Part shown: positions 10,149-20,823 of the stretch, piece by piece
How positions within the stretch are numbered: position 1 is the first letter of the stretch
How the letters are laid out: each line of letters opens with the position of its first letter
DNA from: a virus
Virus record (IMG/VR): IMGVR_UViG_3300042396_000450
Coordinates: 32,001 to 96,000 of that record
Length of the DNA: 64,000 nt
Direction: 5' to 3' (one strand)
Translations under genes and position numbers: made by a program
The notes under the pieces: generated by a model
Seen by the model: the letters and a program-made list of their open reading frames with translations, nothing else
Told to the model about the DNA's origin: nothing
Databases searched by the model: none

Positions 10149-10684
10149 TGCAAGTGCTTCTCTATTAAATAAACAAACTTAATTAACGTAGCTGCTAATT
10201 CTAATAATGTATTAGCATTAACTCTATCACCATTATCATCTAAATCATTACTACAATCAGTAACTTCTTTAATAACGTAAGAAAATAGAGTAGCTAGTTT
10301 AGTGAGACATTCATTACTATCACTACAACAACTGATAATATCAACGTTAGATAACTCAGTTGTATTACAACTAATAGTAGCATTACCTCCAAATGCTACT
10401 ATAACTTCAGCAATAACATCAACATAACTATCTAACTCACTTTGAATATCATCTAACATACTATGAACTGCTTTAAAGTTCATACCTTTAATGTTCCAAT
10501 GACTTATTCTAGTTAAGTTACGTAAATCAAACAGTAGATTAAGTAACTCACTTAACTTAGTTACAGAATGGGTGCGGATCTCAGGACTAATTAATAAACT
10601 AGTTACATTAGGAGTATTAGTAACTGTAGTTGCTGCAAATGTAGATAATCTTCTGTTAGCTAATGCTTCTTTAATCTTATTCAT
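10145..10684 (-). CDS. dps: Dps-family ferritin-like DNA protection protein
   Basis: SHWNIKGMNFKAVHSMLDD...YVDVIAE...FGG ferroxidase signature. Confidence 0.88.
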   Translation of the reverse strand: MNKIKEALANRRLSTFAATTVTNTPNVTSLLISPEIRTHSVTKLSELLNLLFDLRNLTRISHWNIKGMNFKAVHSMLDDIQSELDSYVDVIAEVIVAFGGNATISCNTTELSNVDIISCCSDSNECLTKLATLFSYVIKEVTDCSNDLDDNGDRVNANTLLELAATLIKFVYLIEKHLQ

Positions 10685-11160
10685 CTATTGTCACCACTAC
10701 CTTTTAATGTGTTGTTTACATCACGTTTAGTTAACTTAGCTACGTTAATCTCAATTAACTCTTCTGTAGTTAAATTAAGTTGTTTTAATTCATTTATTAT
10801 AAAGTCATGATAACTAAGCAGTGTAAATACACAATCAGTTGTATTATTATCACCTCTATATAGTCGCTTTAAAAATCCCGCTAACTGCAATGATAATTCA
10901 CTAACTGATAATAAATTATCAAACTCAAATTTTAAAGCTGATTTTAATGGAGGAAATCCTACTTTATTTAAAGCTAATACTAAATAAGCTAGTACGTCAC
11001 CTAACTCTTTTTTCTTACTTAACTCATCATCTGCTAAATTATATTCATTAAGTTCTTCTATTAATCCTGCAATATAAACAGTCAATTTGCTTCGCTCATC
11101 TGCAATTGCATACTTATTACTAAATTCAATTAACCAAGTTGAGTATTCATTTAAGTTCAT
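10681..11160 (-). CDS. MazG-like NTP pyrophosphohydrolase
   Basis: GLIEELNE...KKELGDVLAY, and a C-terminal INVAKLTKR...LKGSGDNR typical of phage MazG. Confidence 0.8.
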   Translation of the reverse strand: MNLNEYSTWLIEFSNKYAIADERSKLTVYIAGLIEELNEYNLADDELSKKKELGDVLAYLVLALNKVGFPPLKSALKFEFDNLLSVSELSLQLAGFLKRLYRGDNNTTDCVFTLLSYHDFIINELKQLNLTTEELIEINVAKLTKRDVNNTLKGSGDNR

Positions 11161-11663
11161 ATAATTTCACTAATAAGTCCTAATTCTAAAGCTTGTTGTG
11201 CAGTTAAATATGTATCTTTCAACATCATATTGCTAGTTAACTTAGTGTCTTTATAACACTCCATACAATATGACTCTAATTTATCCCACCAATCAATTAC
11301 ATTCTTAGTTCCAGTTAAATCATGCTTAATACTACCTCTTAATTCATGTACCATAAATGTTGTATAACTACTACACTTACTAGTAGCTGCACATAATAAT
11401 AATGTACCACCACTAGCTACATAACCTTCTGCAATAATAGTTATATTAAGTGAACTACGTTTAATAACTTCATACATCTTAAGTGAACTAGTTACACATC
11501 CACCATAACAATCTAGATAAATAGTAATTGATTTATCAGCAGATGATTTTAAATTAGATTCTAATTCACGCAATAGATAAACAAACTTAGTTGATGATAA
11601 GTTATTAATGTTTCCAGTAAAATATAAATCAGTACCTTTATAGAAGCATTCAAATTCGGACAT
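11157..11663 (-). CDS. clpP: ClpP-like protease
   Basis: ITIYLDCYGG, GYVASGG (catalytic Ser), FMVHE (His), DTYLTAQQALELGLISEI. Confidence 0.85.
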   Translation of the reverse strand: MSEFECFYKGTDLYFTGNINNLSSTKFVYLLRELESNLKSSADKSITIYLDCYGGCVTSSLKMYEVIKRSSLNITIIAEGYVASGGTLLLCAATSKCSSYTTFMVHELRGSIKHDLTGTKNVIDWWDKLESYCMECYKDTKLTSNMMLKDTYLTAQQALELGLISEII

Positions 11664-11799
11664 TATCTACCTCATTTATTAACTTAGTTAACTTATCTTC
11701 AATAATAACTACACTATCATCATCATCTACACATCTCATCTACACTAAACCATTCTAATTCTATTACTTGTTTCTTACTCATACTTGTTACACTTGTAA

Positions 11800-12312
11800 T
11801 TGACGGAGTTATACACTTTAATTAACATGACTTGCGAATTATCAACAACTAGTTTAATCAAGAATCTATATATAGAATGTCAAACACCTATATTAGATCA
11901 ATTCAGCATAACTAATAGAGCTACATTTAATAGTGTTAGTTATTTAGTTATTCCAGTTATATCATCTAATTATACTAGATTATTAACCGAACGATCAGAA
12001 TTAGTAGATACATTAAATACCGCATTTATTAGACCTAAACCTGTGCGAGTTGGATTTACTGTACGTATAGTTAACAATGATTGGAATGTACATCGTTGTC
12101 TAGAGTTTCTAGCTATTAGTAGTGTTACTAGTAGTTACAATAACTATATTCCAGTAACTGTAATTGATTATGTGCGACCTGAAGTAACTGATGCTACTGC
12201 TACAGTTCGTAAAGGTATGCTAACTTTATCTGCTGGTAATGGTAGAACTGGTAACTATACTGAAGATTATGAGATTACATTTAATGAAATAACTAAACGA
12301 GTGATAATGTAA
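11800..12312 (+). CDS. Putative tail protein (true start probably ATG 11828)
   Basis: Late-strand ORF before a large beta-rich structural gene. Confidence 0.45.
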   Translation: MTELYTLINMTCELSTTSLIKNLYIECQTPILDQFSITNRATFNSVSYLVIPVISSNYTRLLTERSELVDTLNTAFIRPKPVRVGFTVRIVNNDWNVHRCLEFLAISSVTSSYNNYIPVTVIDYVRPEVTDATATVRKGMLTLSAGNGRTGNYTEDYEITFNEITKRVIM

Positions 12313-12329
12313 AGGACAAAGTCAACATT

Positions 12330-14993
12330 ATGTTTATTCTTACTAATACAGATTTACCGGAATTAGCAACTACATACTATAACAGTTGTATTAATAGCAT
12401 TCTTAAACAATCAACTAGTTTAACTAATAGTGGTTTAATATCGAAGCTATTTAGTAATGTAACTACAACTATTACAACTGTAACTGCGAATAATAATGGA
12501 ACATACGAATTAACTACAGATACATTACCTGATTTAATAACAACTACAAATGGAACATTCACATTAGCTAAGGATATTAATAACCCTGTTAATGGTGAGT
12601 TTATTTACATTAATAATAAAGTAGTTATTTATAGTGCAGTTAATTTAATTAATGTAACTGTATTTAGTTCACCAATAGTTAATTCACTTAGAATACCTAC
12701 TATAAATGGATTAGCAGGATTGCCAGTTCTATCTAACATAACTATTAGTGAATCATTTCAAGATCATCCAACTGCATCTATTAGTTTAGTTACTAGCGTT
12801 AATTACATTGCTCAAGTTAGAAGTCTATTTAGAGTAAGTAGTTTATTTAATCTCAGTAAATATCAGTTTGTAGTTAATAGTTATAATGAAGAGTTATCTA
12901 GTGATGATGATATATTAAGAGTTAATATTAACCTGCGCGGAAAATGGGATAACTATGTTAATTATCCAATAGCACTTAATAATACAACTGATATTAACAA
13001 TAACTTTCAAGATCCAGAATGTTCAATTGATGCAACTGAAATAGCTAAAACTAAGAAGTACGTAACTATTAATGAAGTTGCTGCTAAAAGTGGAGCTAGG
13101 ATAACTGGCATTGAAGGAACTGTAATTGTAGATAAATCAGATAATAATGCAACTGTAACATTAGGTAGTTTAATTAATGAATACCTTGATATTAATTCTG
13201 CATTTGTTGATTACAATAAACCTGATGTAATAGTATGTAGAAAACTTAATGCTGTTACTAGTTGGACATATAATAGTGATAAGATATTAAGTAACTTTAA
13301 TACTACTATTAATCGTAATTTACCATTACCAATTAACGGTAGTTACGGATCAATCAATAACAACATCAGTTACACATCGTTAGTTCCAACAACTATAACT
13401 AATCGTGTAACATCACTAACTGCTGAAAATACATTTATCATTCCATATCCAACTATCTACAATTACACAACTCCTGATAACTTTAATGACGCTGGTAATA
13501 TAGTTATTGAGGAAGCAACTAAGGATATACAATCTAAGTTTGAAAATCGTAAACCAGTTAAACGTACTTATATTAAAGGTGATTTAGATGCAGCAACTTG
13601 TCCATCTAACATAACTAGACTTAAAACACTTGATCTTAATCATGATAAGAGTGGTGTAACTAAAACTATCATAGATATAACTGAAGAAGATAATAATCCA
13701 ATAAGTGAAGTTACGCGACGTTATGGATTTGCATATACAGCATGGGATATAACATTAATTAGTGGTGAAAGTATTGAATTAGATAGTGCTGCTACTAATT
13801 GGTGGACACTAATTGAAGAAACTAAAACTACATATAACTATGATAATAAAACTGGATATCTACTTGGTTATGATTTAACTGGACGTAAACTAATTCGCGC
13901 CAATATAGAAGGTGATGATAGATATACTCAAGAATATCAACTTGCAGTTAACGATGGTGAAACTCCATCTAGTGCGGATACTGCAACTTATAACACTTAT
14001 CAATTTAAGTTTGTTCGTGTTACAGGAGCTAAGAGATATGAGTTAGCTCAACATAGAGATTACTATCGTCAATTTGGACAACAATCTAAGTTTATTAAAC
14101 AATGCAATAAAGATGGTTCTAGTAGTTATGTAGCAGATCCAACTTATATTGAACCTATGTTTGTAATAGCTGAAGCAGAACAATATAGTTGTTTCTTAAG
14201 TGTTGATAATCCACTTAATTTAGAACGCGAATCAGGAGATCCAGTTGAACCACCATTAACTAGTGGTCAGGAGACATATAATAGAACATTCCTTAAAATA
14301 CTATCATCTAAGAATAGTGCTAAACAACAGAACTTCCGTAGTGACTATCAAGGTGAAGACACTTATATCTCATATACAAGTAACTTTACATCACAAGATC
14401 CTGGATTTCGTGCAGTTACTGAAGAAACAAGTAGTTCAACTAATACAGGAATACCACCTGTACATACTCGTAAACCACCTAAATATGAATTAATTGAACC
14501 TAAGAAAGAAGAAGATAAAGTTACTAATAATTATAGATATGTTTATTGGACAACCCCTTATACTGGTGGTTATCCTAGAACTGGTAGTTATAACTTCGAT
14601 AAAGCTAAGAATATAAATGAAGTAACTGCTGCTGTTAATAATCAACTTAGAATAGATGATATTAGAAATACATTAACATCAACTATGACTATTCCATATA
14701 ACGATAGTATTACAACTGGAGATAAAGTAACTGTTATATTTAATGGTTTACAATGTCGAAGACGAGTAGTTAGTATAACTCATTCTATAGAACAAGAGGT
14801 TACTAATGTTGGTATTGAAACTACAGCAGTAACTAATTTAACTATGGGTATTGATAGAGATATTAGTGTTAGTAGTAAAAAAGAAAAGATAGTTAAACCC
14901 GTTAAACCAACACCTAAAACCCCATCTGATGTTTATGCTGAAGGATTTAAATTAGGTTCATTATTACCAAATACACTAGGACGTGGATCATGA
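12330..14993 (+). CDS. Putative baseplate hub / tail tip protein
   Basis: 887 aa, T/N/S-rich. C-terminal TMTIPYNDSITTGDKVTV...RVVSITHSI resembles hub-protein ends. Confidence 0.55.
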   Translation: MFILTNTDLPELATTYYNSCINSILKQSTSLTNSGLISKLFSNVTTTITTVTANNNGTYELTTDTLPDLITTTNGTFTLAKDINNPVNGEFIYINNKVVIYSAVNLINVTVFSSPIVNSLRIPTINGLAGLPVLSNITISESFQDHPTASISLVTSVNYIAQVRSLFRVSSLFNLSKYQFVVNSYNEELSSDDDILRVNINLRGKWDNYVNYPIALNNTTDINNNFQDPECSIDATEIAKTKKYVTINEVAAKSGARITGIEGTVIVDKSDNNATVTLGSLINEYLDINSAFVDYNKPDVIVCRKLNAVTSWTYNSDKILSNFNTTINRNLPLPINGSYGSINNNISYTSLVPTTITNRVTSLTAENTFIIPYPTIYNYTTPDNFNDAGNIVIEEATKDIQSKFENRKPVKRTYIKGDLDAATCPSNITRLKTLDLNHDKSGVTKTIIDITEEDNNPISEVTRRYGFAYTAWDITLISGESIELDSAATNWWTLIEETKTTYNYDNKTGYLLGYDLTGRKLIRANIEGDDRYTQEYQLAVNDGETPSSADTATYNTYQFKFVRVTGAKRYELAQHRDYYRQFGQQSKFIKQCNKDGSSSYVADPTYIEPMFVIAEAEQYSCFLSVDNPLNLERESGDPVEPPLTSGQETYNRTFLKILSSKNSAKQQNFRSDYQGEDTYISYTSNFTSQDPGFRAVTEETSSSTNTGIPPVHTRKPPKYELIEPKKEEDKVTNNYRYVYWTTPYTGGYPRTGSYNFDKAKNINEVTAAVNNQLRIDDIRNTLTSTMTIPYNDSITTGDKVTVIFNGLQCRRRVVSITHSIEQEVTNVGIETTAVTNLTMGIDRDISVSSKKEKIVKPVKPTPKTPSDVYAEGFKLGSLLPNTLGRGS

Positions 14994-15160
14994 ACGACTA
15001 TATGAAGTTACTAGAAGATGAGTTAAGAAGACTAGTTAAGAATAAGGTTACAGTTAATGTAGTTAATAGTAATTATGTTATTGATGTTAGAGGTAAACAA
15101 ATAACTGTACCTCTAACAAATACAACAACCGTAAGAAAAAATAGTATTAAGAGTAAGTAG
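14990..15160 (+). CDS. Small protein resembling the N-terminus of 19930
   Basis: MNDYMKLLEDELRRLVKNKV versus MNERKLIDEIKRLVNNDV. ATGA overlap with 12330. Confidence 0.5.
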   Translation: MNDYMKLLEDELRRLVKNKVTVNVVNSNYVIDVRGKQITVPLTNTTTVRKNSIKSK

Positions 15161-15566
15161 CGTCCTCGTATTTAAACCTACTATAATAACGTTCCTCTAC
15201 TATATGTTTCTCACTATTTAATACACCATGTAATTTAATATTTCCCTCTTTAATTTGTTGATCTAATGCTAATTTAAGTAAAACTAAATCTATGTTATGT
15301 TTAGTAACTAGTTCATCTAAGGTATAACCTTTAGGTAAACTAGCTTCTTTTAACTGTAATTTAAATAGATCAAGTAATACTGGTTGCACATAATCACTAT
15401 GGCGTAATAAATAGGCGCGATTAATTGATTGTTCTATTTCTAATTTAAGCGTCTCTTCTTTTTTCTTACATTCATAAAGTTCATTTAATTGAGTTAAATA
15501 AACTGGTTTATTATCAACTAATGTTAGTTGAAGTAGTTCATTGATTGCTTTATCTAGGTTATTCAT
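15147..15566 (-). CDS. Hypothetical protein (possible winged-helix C-terminus)
   Basis: 139-aa ORF, coupled to the upstream gene by ATGA. Confidence 0.55.
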   Translation of the reverse strand: MNNLDKAINELLQLTLVDNKPVYLTQLNELYECKKKEETLKLEIEQSINRAYLLRHSDYVQPVLLDLFKLQLKEASLPKGYTLDELVTKHNIDLVLLKLALDQQIKEGNIKLHGVLNSEKHIVEERYYSRFKYEDATYS

Positions 15567-15814
15567 AGTGCGTTAAGTATGTCAAGGTAACTAACAAGTT
15601 TAATATCAGTAATAACATCTGGTAGATCACAGAATCTCACATTTAAATAATCTTCAACTAATCCATAATAACGTACTGTATTATAACCATTAGCTTTTAA
15701 ATAAATACCAATATTGTGTAGTGTAGCTGTTCTATCAGGTAATCCTTCTAATGGTGGTAATTTACCATTTAAAACATTATTAATAACGTCGCTAACTTGT
15801 TGTTTAGTTATCAT
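15563..15814 (-). CDS. Small protein with C-terminal tag (VSYLDILNAL)
   Basis: Shares its C-terminal motif with 15811, 25859, 56407, 56679 and 59706. Confidence 0.7.
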   Translation of the reverse strand: MITKQQVSDVINNVLNGKLPPLEGLPDRTATLHNIGIYLKANGYNTVRYYGLVEDYLNVRFCDLPDVITDIKLVSYLDILNAL

Positions 15815-16059
15815 AGTTTATCTAATATGTCAAGGTAACTAAGTTGTGGTAATTCTTTAACAGCAGATAGATTTATTATTTCTACATTACAAGTTTTCTC
15901 TAACCAAGCTATTGTAGTCATATTAAATGGGTTAGCTATAGCGGACATTTGATTATAAGTACGTCCACTTAATCTAATTGATGTAGGTCTATTACCACTT
16001 TCTTTATAAGAACATCGAATTAAATTGCGGATATATGATTGAGCTTCTTGTAAGTTCAT
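15811..16059 (-). CDS. Small protein with C-terminal tag (PQLSYLDILDKL)
   Basis: Same C-terminal motif family. Confidence 0.7.
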   Translation of the reverse strand: MNLQEAQSYIRNLIRCSYKESGNRPTSIRLSGRTYNQMSAIANPFNMTTIAWLEKTCNVEIINLSAVKELPQLSYLDILDKL

Positions 16060-16095
16060 ATATTATAATTACTCATATACACTATTTTCTTACTC

Positions 16096-19000
16096 ATGAC
16101 AACAACCTATAGTTCGGGTAAATTACAACTTACATTTAATTCAGGTAATGTATCTGTAGTTAATGGTTCAGGTAACTTAGGAGTTACAGGAACTTACTAT
16201 ATCTCTATTCAAGGTCGGAATCTAATTGGACTTAATCTGAATAGTACATTAGTTCCAGTTACTTTAACTACAACATCTACATTAACTATAACATTACCAT
16301 CATTAGCTAGTGGTGAAACTTGGTCTGACATAGTTATATCAGCATCAACTACTAATAACGTATCTGCCTTAACTCAAGTAATGGTAGTTAATAGTGCTGA
16401 TTTTAATTCGCCAGTTATATTAACTAGTGTTGAGTTGTTCAAGCTAACTACACTTGCTCGTACTGTAGCTAACTCTGCTGCATTACCAGCAACACCAATT
16501 CAGGGACTTATAAGATACATAACTAACCTCAACTACTACTATGAATACGATGAATACAGTACAGCAACTGTAGATAACTTAACTGTATTAACTGCAACTA
16601 CTGGTAGATGGCTTAGAGTAGGTGCAATTAGTACGTATATAACTGATACTACAGCTACAGATGGATGTGATCAAGATGTTCGCACACCTAATCTAATTGT
16701 TAATGCACCATCATATACTTGTGATGGTAGTAAAGGTGATGGAGTTACCTTCTGGTTACGTAATGAATTTAGCACTATTATTTCAAGTGGAACTAGAATT
16801 AGTTGTACTGTGCGATTATTTGAGGAAGATAAATCTCAATTGTTCGATAGTCTCCTAATACTAGAACTACTTGGTTATGTTAATTTAATAACTGGAGTAT
16901 TAGATGCTTCAGTTAGTAGTGGTGAAGTAACTTATCAACCTCGTAGTCAATGGTTAACATTACCAGAGGATCTCGACATTGGTTATGCTGCTGTAGTTAG
17001 AGTTAGTCCTAAATTCACCATTACTGATTTAGATAACAATGTTCCATATCTAGCTAACTTAACTACATACGTTACATTTGCTCCAACTAGCGGTATCTAT
17101 ACTCCTGGTGTATTCGGCAACTTAATTTACAACGAATATGATAAGTGGCGCATTTATTCTGATGTTGGACTTAGTGTAATTAAGAGTAAGGGTAGTGGAA
17201 TAGTTAATAATTATGAACTTAATGATATATCCGCCGAAACTATAACAGGGTTAAGTTCTAATACCGCCAACCAGTATATTTTTCTTACTAGTAATGGTAC
17301 TTCGTTCGCATCAACTACTAGTTCATTCGTTAGTGCAGTTAAGCGATGTGTAGTTAGTACAGTTAATGGTATAGGAACTCCAGTTAGTTATGGTAGCTTC
17401 GCGTTAAATAACACTAAGAAGTTATCTGTAACTGTTAATTATCCAACTAGTGTTAGAAGTAATTATCCTGATGCTCTTATTGCAGGTTCTAGTAAAGGTA
17501 AGTTTAATGCAACTAATGTTGTTATCTATATTAAGAATAGTAGTAATGCCGTATTCGTAACTGAAGTTAACATAACTCCATCTGCTAGTAATGATGTTTA
17601 TGTACTTAATTATAGTGACTTTACTAGTTCTACATTAGCAACACCATCTAGTAATTATGGTTTATATACACCATTAAGTGTAACTACTTCAACTCCATCT
17701 AACAGTAGTACATTTCCTACTGGTAGTTATGAAGTGTTTGTTGCATTTAAATACACTGGAGTTGTTACAGTTATTGATCATAGTGTTAGTGAGTTATATG
17801 AGATAACAAGTAACCTGAGTGAGTTATTCTCAACTAGTGCAACAGTATGGTATAGCGATAATGGTGTTCCTAGTAGTTTAATTGGTGAAGATGGTTCATA
17901 TTATCTTAATTATGATAATGCTAATATTTATAAGAAGGTTAATGATACTTGGAGTTTAGATGGAAATATTAGTGTTATTTCACCTTCATTTACTACTATT
18001 GCAGTTAGTGGACAAAGTAATGTAGTTGCAGATCAAACTAATGATAGTTTAACTCTAGTTGCAGGAACTGGTATTACATTAACTACTAATGCCACAACCG
18101 ATGCTATTACTATTACTGGAACTAGCGTCACTAATACATTTAGTACAATAACTGTAGCTGGACAATCTGATATAGTTGCTGATAATGGAACTGATACATT
18201 AACTATTGCTGCTGGTAGTGGTATTACCTTAACTACAAATTCTGCTACTGATACATTAACTATCGCAGGAACTGCTGTTAGTAATACATTTAGTACAATT
18301 GCAGTTAGTGGTCAATCTGATGTAGTAGCTGATAGTGCCAGTGATACTATTACGTTAGTTGCTGGAACTGGAATGACTATTACAACTAACACCACTACAG
18401 ATACTATTACTTTTGAAAGTAGTGGTGTTAATGTTGATGTTACGCGAACTTCTACAATGTCTAATAGTATTGGAACTGGTAGTAAGACGTTTACTTATAC
18501 TGCTAGTTCTAACTTAGGATGGTTAGTTAGTACGAGATTGCGTGCTGCGTATGATGTTTCTAACTATATGGAAGGTGTAGTTACTGCTGTTAGTAGTACC
18601 TCAGTTACTATTACATCAGATAATGCAGTTGGTAGTGGAACTTATACTAGTTGGAACATAACAATAGCTGGAGATAAAGGTTCTACTGGAAGTGCTGGTA
18701 GTTTAAATGCCGCATCTGGATTTATATTAACTCCTGTTGGAAGTCCCATTACTACATCAACTAACGAAGTTGGTTTCTATGTCGATAGCACTGATAACTT
18801 ATTTAAAACTAGAGACGTTAATAATGGTACAGTTAGAACATTAGCATCATTAAATAGAGTTCAAGCATTTACTCAAACACAATATGCTACACCTGTTATT
18901 AATAATTCTGCTACTGGGACAGTAACTTTAGACGGTAGTGCTAGTAATGTTTTCATACTAACTCTAACTGGAAACCTGACTCTGACCATGAACAACATTC

Positions 19001-19197
19001 AAGTTGGAGCAACTTATATCATCTACTTAATTCAAGATGAAACTGGTAGTAGAACTATTACACTTGATGCTATATTTAAACGATTAACTGGTGATACAAC
19101 TACAGTTAATACAACAGCTAATAAAGTTAATATGTTAACTGGAGTAGCTAGATCATCTAGTGCAATTACATTAGCTCCTATATCAGTTGAGGTTTAA
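16096..19197 (+). CDS. Tail fibre / baseplate-associated structural protein
   Basis: 1033 aa, T/S/G-rich. Contains three 50-aa repeats, GVPSSLIGEDGSYYLN, and a fibre-type C-terminal module (QDETGSRTITL). Confidence 0.8.
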   Translation: MTTTYSSGKLQLTFNSGNVSVVNGSGNLGVTGTYYISIQGRNLIGLNLNSTLVPVTLTTTSTLTITLPSLASGETWSDIVISASTTNNVSALTQVMVVNSADFNSPVILTSVELFKLTTLARTVANSAALPATPIQGLIRYITNLNYYYEYDEYSTATVDNLTVLTATTGRWLRVGAISTYITDTTATDGCDQDVRTPNLIVNAPSYTCDGSKGDGVTFWLRNEFSTIISSGTRISCTVRLFEEDKSQLFDSLLILELLGYVNLITGVLDASVSSGEVTYQPRSQWLTLPEDLDIGYAAVVRVSPKFTITDLDNNVPYLANLTTYVTFAPTSGIYTPGVFGNLIYNEYDKWRIYSDVGLSVIKSKGSGIVNNYELNDISAETITGLSSNTANQYIFLTSNGTSFASTTSSFVSAVKRCVVSTVNGIGTPVSYGSFALNNTKKLSVTVNYPTSVRSNYPDALIAGSSKGKFNATNVVIYIKNSSNAVFVTEVNITPSASNDVYVLNYSDFTSSTLATPSSNYGLYTPLSVTTSTPSNSSTFPTGSYEVFVAFKYTGVVTVIDHSVSELYEITSNLSELFSTSATVWYSDNGVPSSLIGEDGSYYLNYDNANIYKKVNDTWSLDGNISVISPSFTTIAVSGQSNVVADQTNDSLTLVAGTGITLTTNATTDAITITGTSVTNTFSTITVAGQSDIVADNGTDTLTIAAGSGITLTTNSATDTLTIAGTAVSNTFSTIAVSGQSDVVADSASDTITLVAGTGMTITTNTTTDTITFESSGVNVDVTRTSTMSNSIGTGSKTFTYTASSNLGWLVSTRLRAAYDVSNYMEGVVTAVSSTSVTITSDNAVGSGTYTSWNITIAGDKGSTGSAGSLNAASGFILTPVGSPITTSTNEVGFYVDSTDNLFKTRDVNNGTVRTLASLNRVQAFTQTQYATPVINNSATGTVTLDGSASNVFILTLTGNLTLTMNNIQVGATYIIYLIQDETGSRTITLDAIFKRLTGDTTTVNTTANKVNMLTGVARSSSAITLAPISVEV
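17989..18423 (+). repeat. Three tandem 150-nt (50-aa) fibre repeats
   Basis: F[TS]TI[AT]V[SA]GQS[ND][VI]VAD...D[ST][LI]T[LI][VA]AG[TS]G[IM]T[LI]TTN..TD begins at 17989, 18139 and 18289. Confidence 0.9.
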
Positions 19198-19199
19198 TC

Positions 19200-19892
19200 A
19201 TGTTTACTTTTCCAGTTGGTTTTTTTAATCCTATTGTTAGTGGTGGTGTAGATCCTTTTGCCGCAAACGTAGCTCTATTTCTGAAAGGCAATGGATCTAA
19301 TGGTAGTACAAATATCATTGACAGTTCACCAAATCCTAAAACAATTTCTGTTTTTGGCACTGCTCAAATTAGTACAGCGCAAAGTAAATATGGTGGGAGT
19401 AGTTTGTTTTCGACAGATACAACTTTGGGTAGCTTTGTACAAGCAACTACTACAATAAACTTGTCAAACTATACATTTGAAGTCTGGATATACCAGACAG
19501 TAGTATCTGATTGGACTTTATTTGCTGGTAGTATGCTTGGGGACGTTGATTTTAGTATTAATGGAAGTCAAATAAGAATAGGTAGAACAAACGTATCATG
19601 GGATATTACAACAAATGTAGCATTCACTTACAATACATTTCAACATATTGCTTTTTCTCGTTCTAATTATACTCAAAAAATATTTCTAAACGGATTAGAA
19701 GTATTTAGCAGTAATTATGAAATCCCACTTACAGCAACAAATCCTAGAGTAATGTGTACCAGAGATAATTATCAGGGGACGTTTGTTAGACAATTGTATG
19801 GTGGTTATGTAGATTCAGTTAGGTTAACTGATTCTGTTGGCAGGTATACTACTACTTTTAACCCTGAAACTGACACTTACTTGAATGTTTAA
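19200..19892 (+). CDS. LamG / concanavalin A-like domain virion protein (candidate receptor binding)
   Basis: VALFLKGNGSNGSTNIIDSS, AQISTAQSKYGGSSL, YTFEVWIY, FQHIAFSR...KIFLNG, GYVDSVRLT. Confidence 0.8.
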   Translation: MFTFPVGFFNPIVSGGVDPFAANVALFLKGNGSNGSTNIIDSSPNPKTISVFGTAQISTAQSKYGGSSLFSTDTTLGSFVQATTTINLSNYTFEVWIYQTVVSDWTLFAGSMLGDVDFSINGSQIRIGRTNVSWDITTNVAFTYNTFQHIAFSRSNYTQKIFLNGLEVFSSNYEIPLTATNPRVMCTRDNYQGTFVRQLYGGYVDSVRLTDSVGRYTTTFNPETDTYLNV

Positions 19893-19929
19893 TTATGAAA
19901 TTTGCTCAACAACTACTATCTAACTTATT

Positions 19930-20823
19930 ATGAACGAACGTAAATTAATAGATGAAATTAAACGCTTAGTTAACAATGATGTAATTATTGGTTACTATAA
20001 TGGAACTACATTTACTGACGATAATGGTAAAACATACGCTTCCAGCTATTTAGTAACTAATAATTCTCCTATTGGTAGAGGATTCATAGTTCCATATGAA
20101 GGTAAATGGTTAGTTGTAGTAGCTAATAATAATCAAGAGGTAAGAAAAAATATAATAACTAGTAGAAGGAAGATAAGTATTGAAGATAAACCTAAACTTA
20201 CTATTGATTATTTACTAGTTAACCCATTAATTAAATATGCTGGGACTATCATACCAGTAAATAACACATTTTATACAATTAGAGATAACAAATGGAAAAA
20301 GTATGAATTACCAGAAATAAGAGGATACTTAAATTATTATATTGATAGTAACTATGTTGTTATAAAAGGTGATGAAAAGGATGAGAGATTTAATCAATTA
20401 ATCGTTTTAAAAGATGACGTATTTACAACCTATACATATCCAGAAGAACTTCCTGTATTAAAAACATGGCGCAAAGATTTTTTTAATACTTATGATAAGT
20501 ATAAGGACTTTTATATTTATGGTAATCCTAGTAGTGGTATTAGTAAGATATTTACAGGGCGACAAAATAGATTATATAAATTATCCGGTATAAATGTAGA
20601 TTTTTTTTATGGATCTTCACGTTTAGATGACATTATTGAAGCATTAAGTTTAGAACAATCTATTAATCTAAATATTGTTTCATGTCGTTTTACTGAGGAT
20701 GACATTACTAATTGTAGGAAAGAACCATTTAAAGTGAAAAGTCCTAAATTAGATACTAATATTATTTCTCCTGAAGAAGTAAACAAACAAACTATTGTTA
20801 GCACTTATATTAAATTTCAATGA
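19930..20823 (+). CDS. Hypothetical late-strand protein
   Basis: 297-aa ORF coupled to the portal gene by ATGA. Confidence 0.55.
   Translation: MNERKLIDEIKRLVNNDVIIGYYNGTTFTDDNGKTYASSYLVTNNSPIGRGFIVPYEGKWLVVVANNNQEVRKNIITSRRKISIEDKPKLTIDYLLVNPLIKYAGTIIPVNNTFYTIRDNKWKKYELPEIRGYLNYYIDSNYVVIKGDEKDERFNQLIVLKDDVFTTYTYPEELPVLKTWRKDFFNTYDKYKDFYIYGNPSSGISKIFTGRQNRLYKLSGINVDFFYGSSRLDDIIEALSLEQSINLNIVSCRFTEDDITNCRKEPFKVKSPKLDTNIISPEEVNKQTIVSTYIKFQ

Noticed and set aside
16096-20823. Diversity-generating retroelement acting on fibre genes
   Set aside because: No reverse transcriptase and no TR/VR pair differing at adenines was seen. The 150-nt repeats are ordinary diverged tandem protein repeats.
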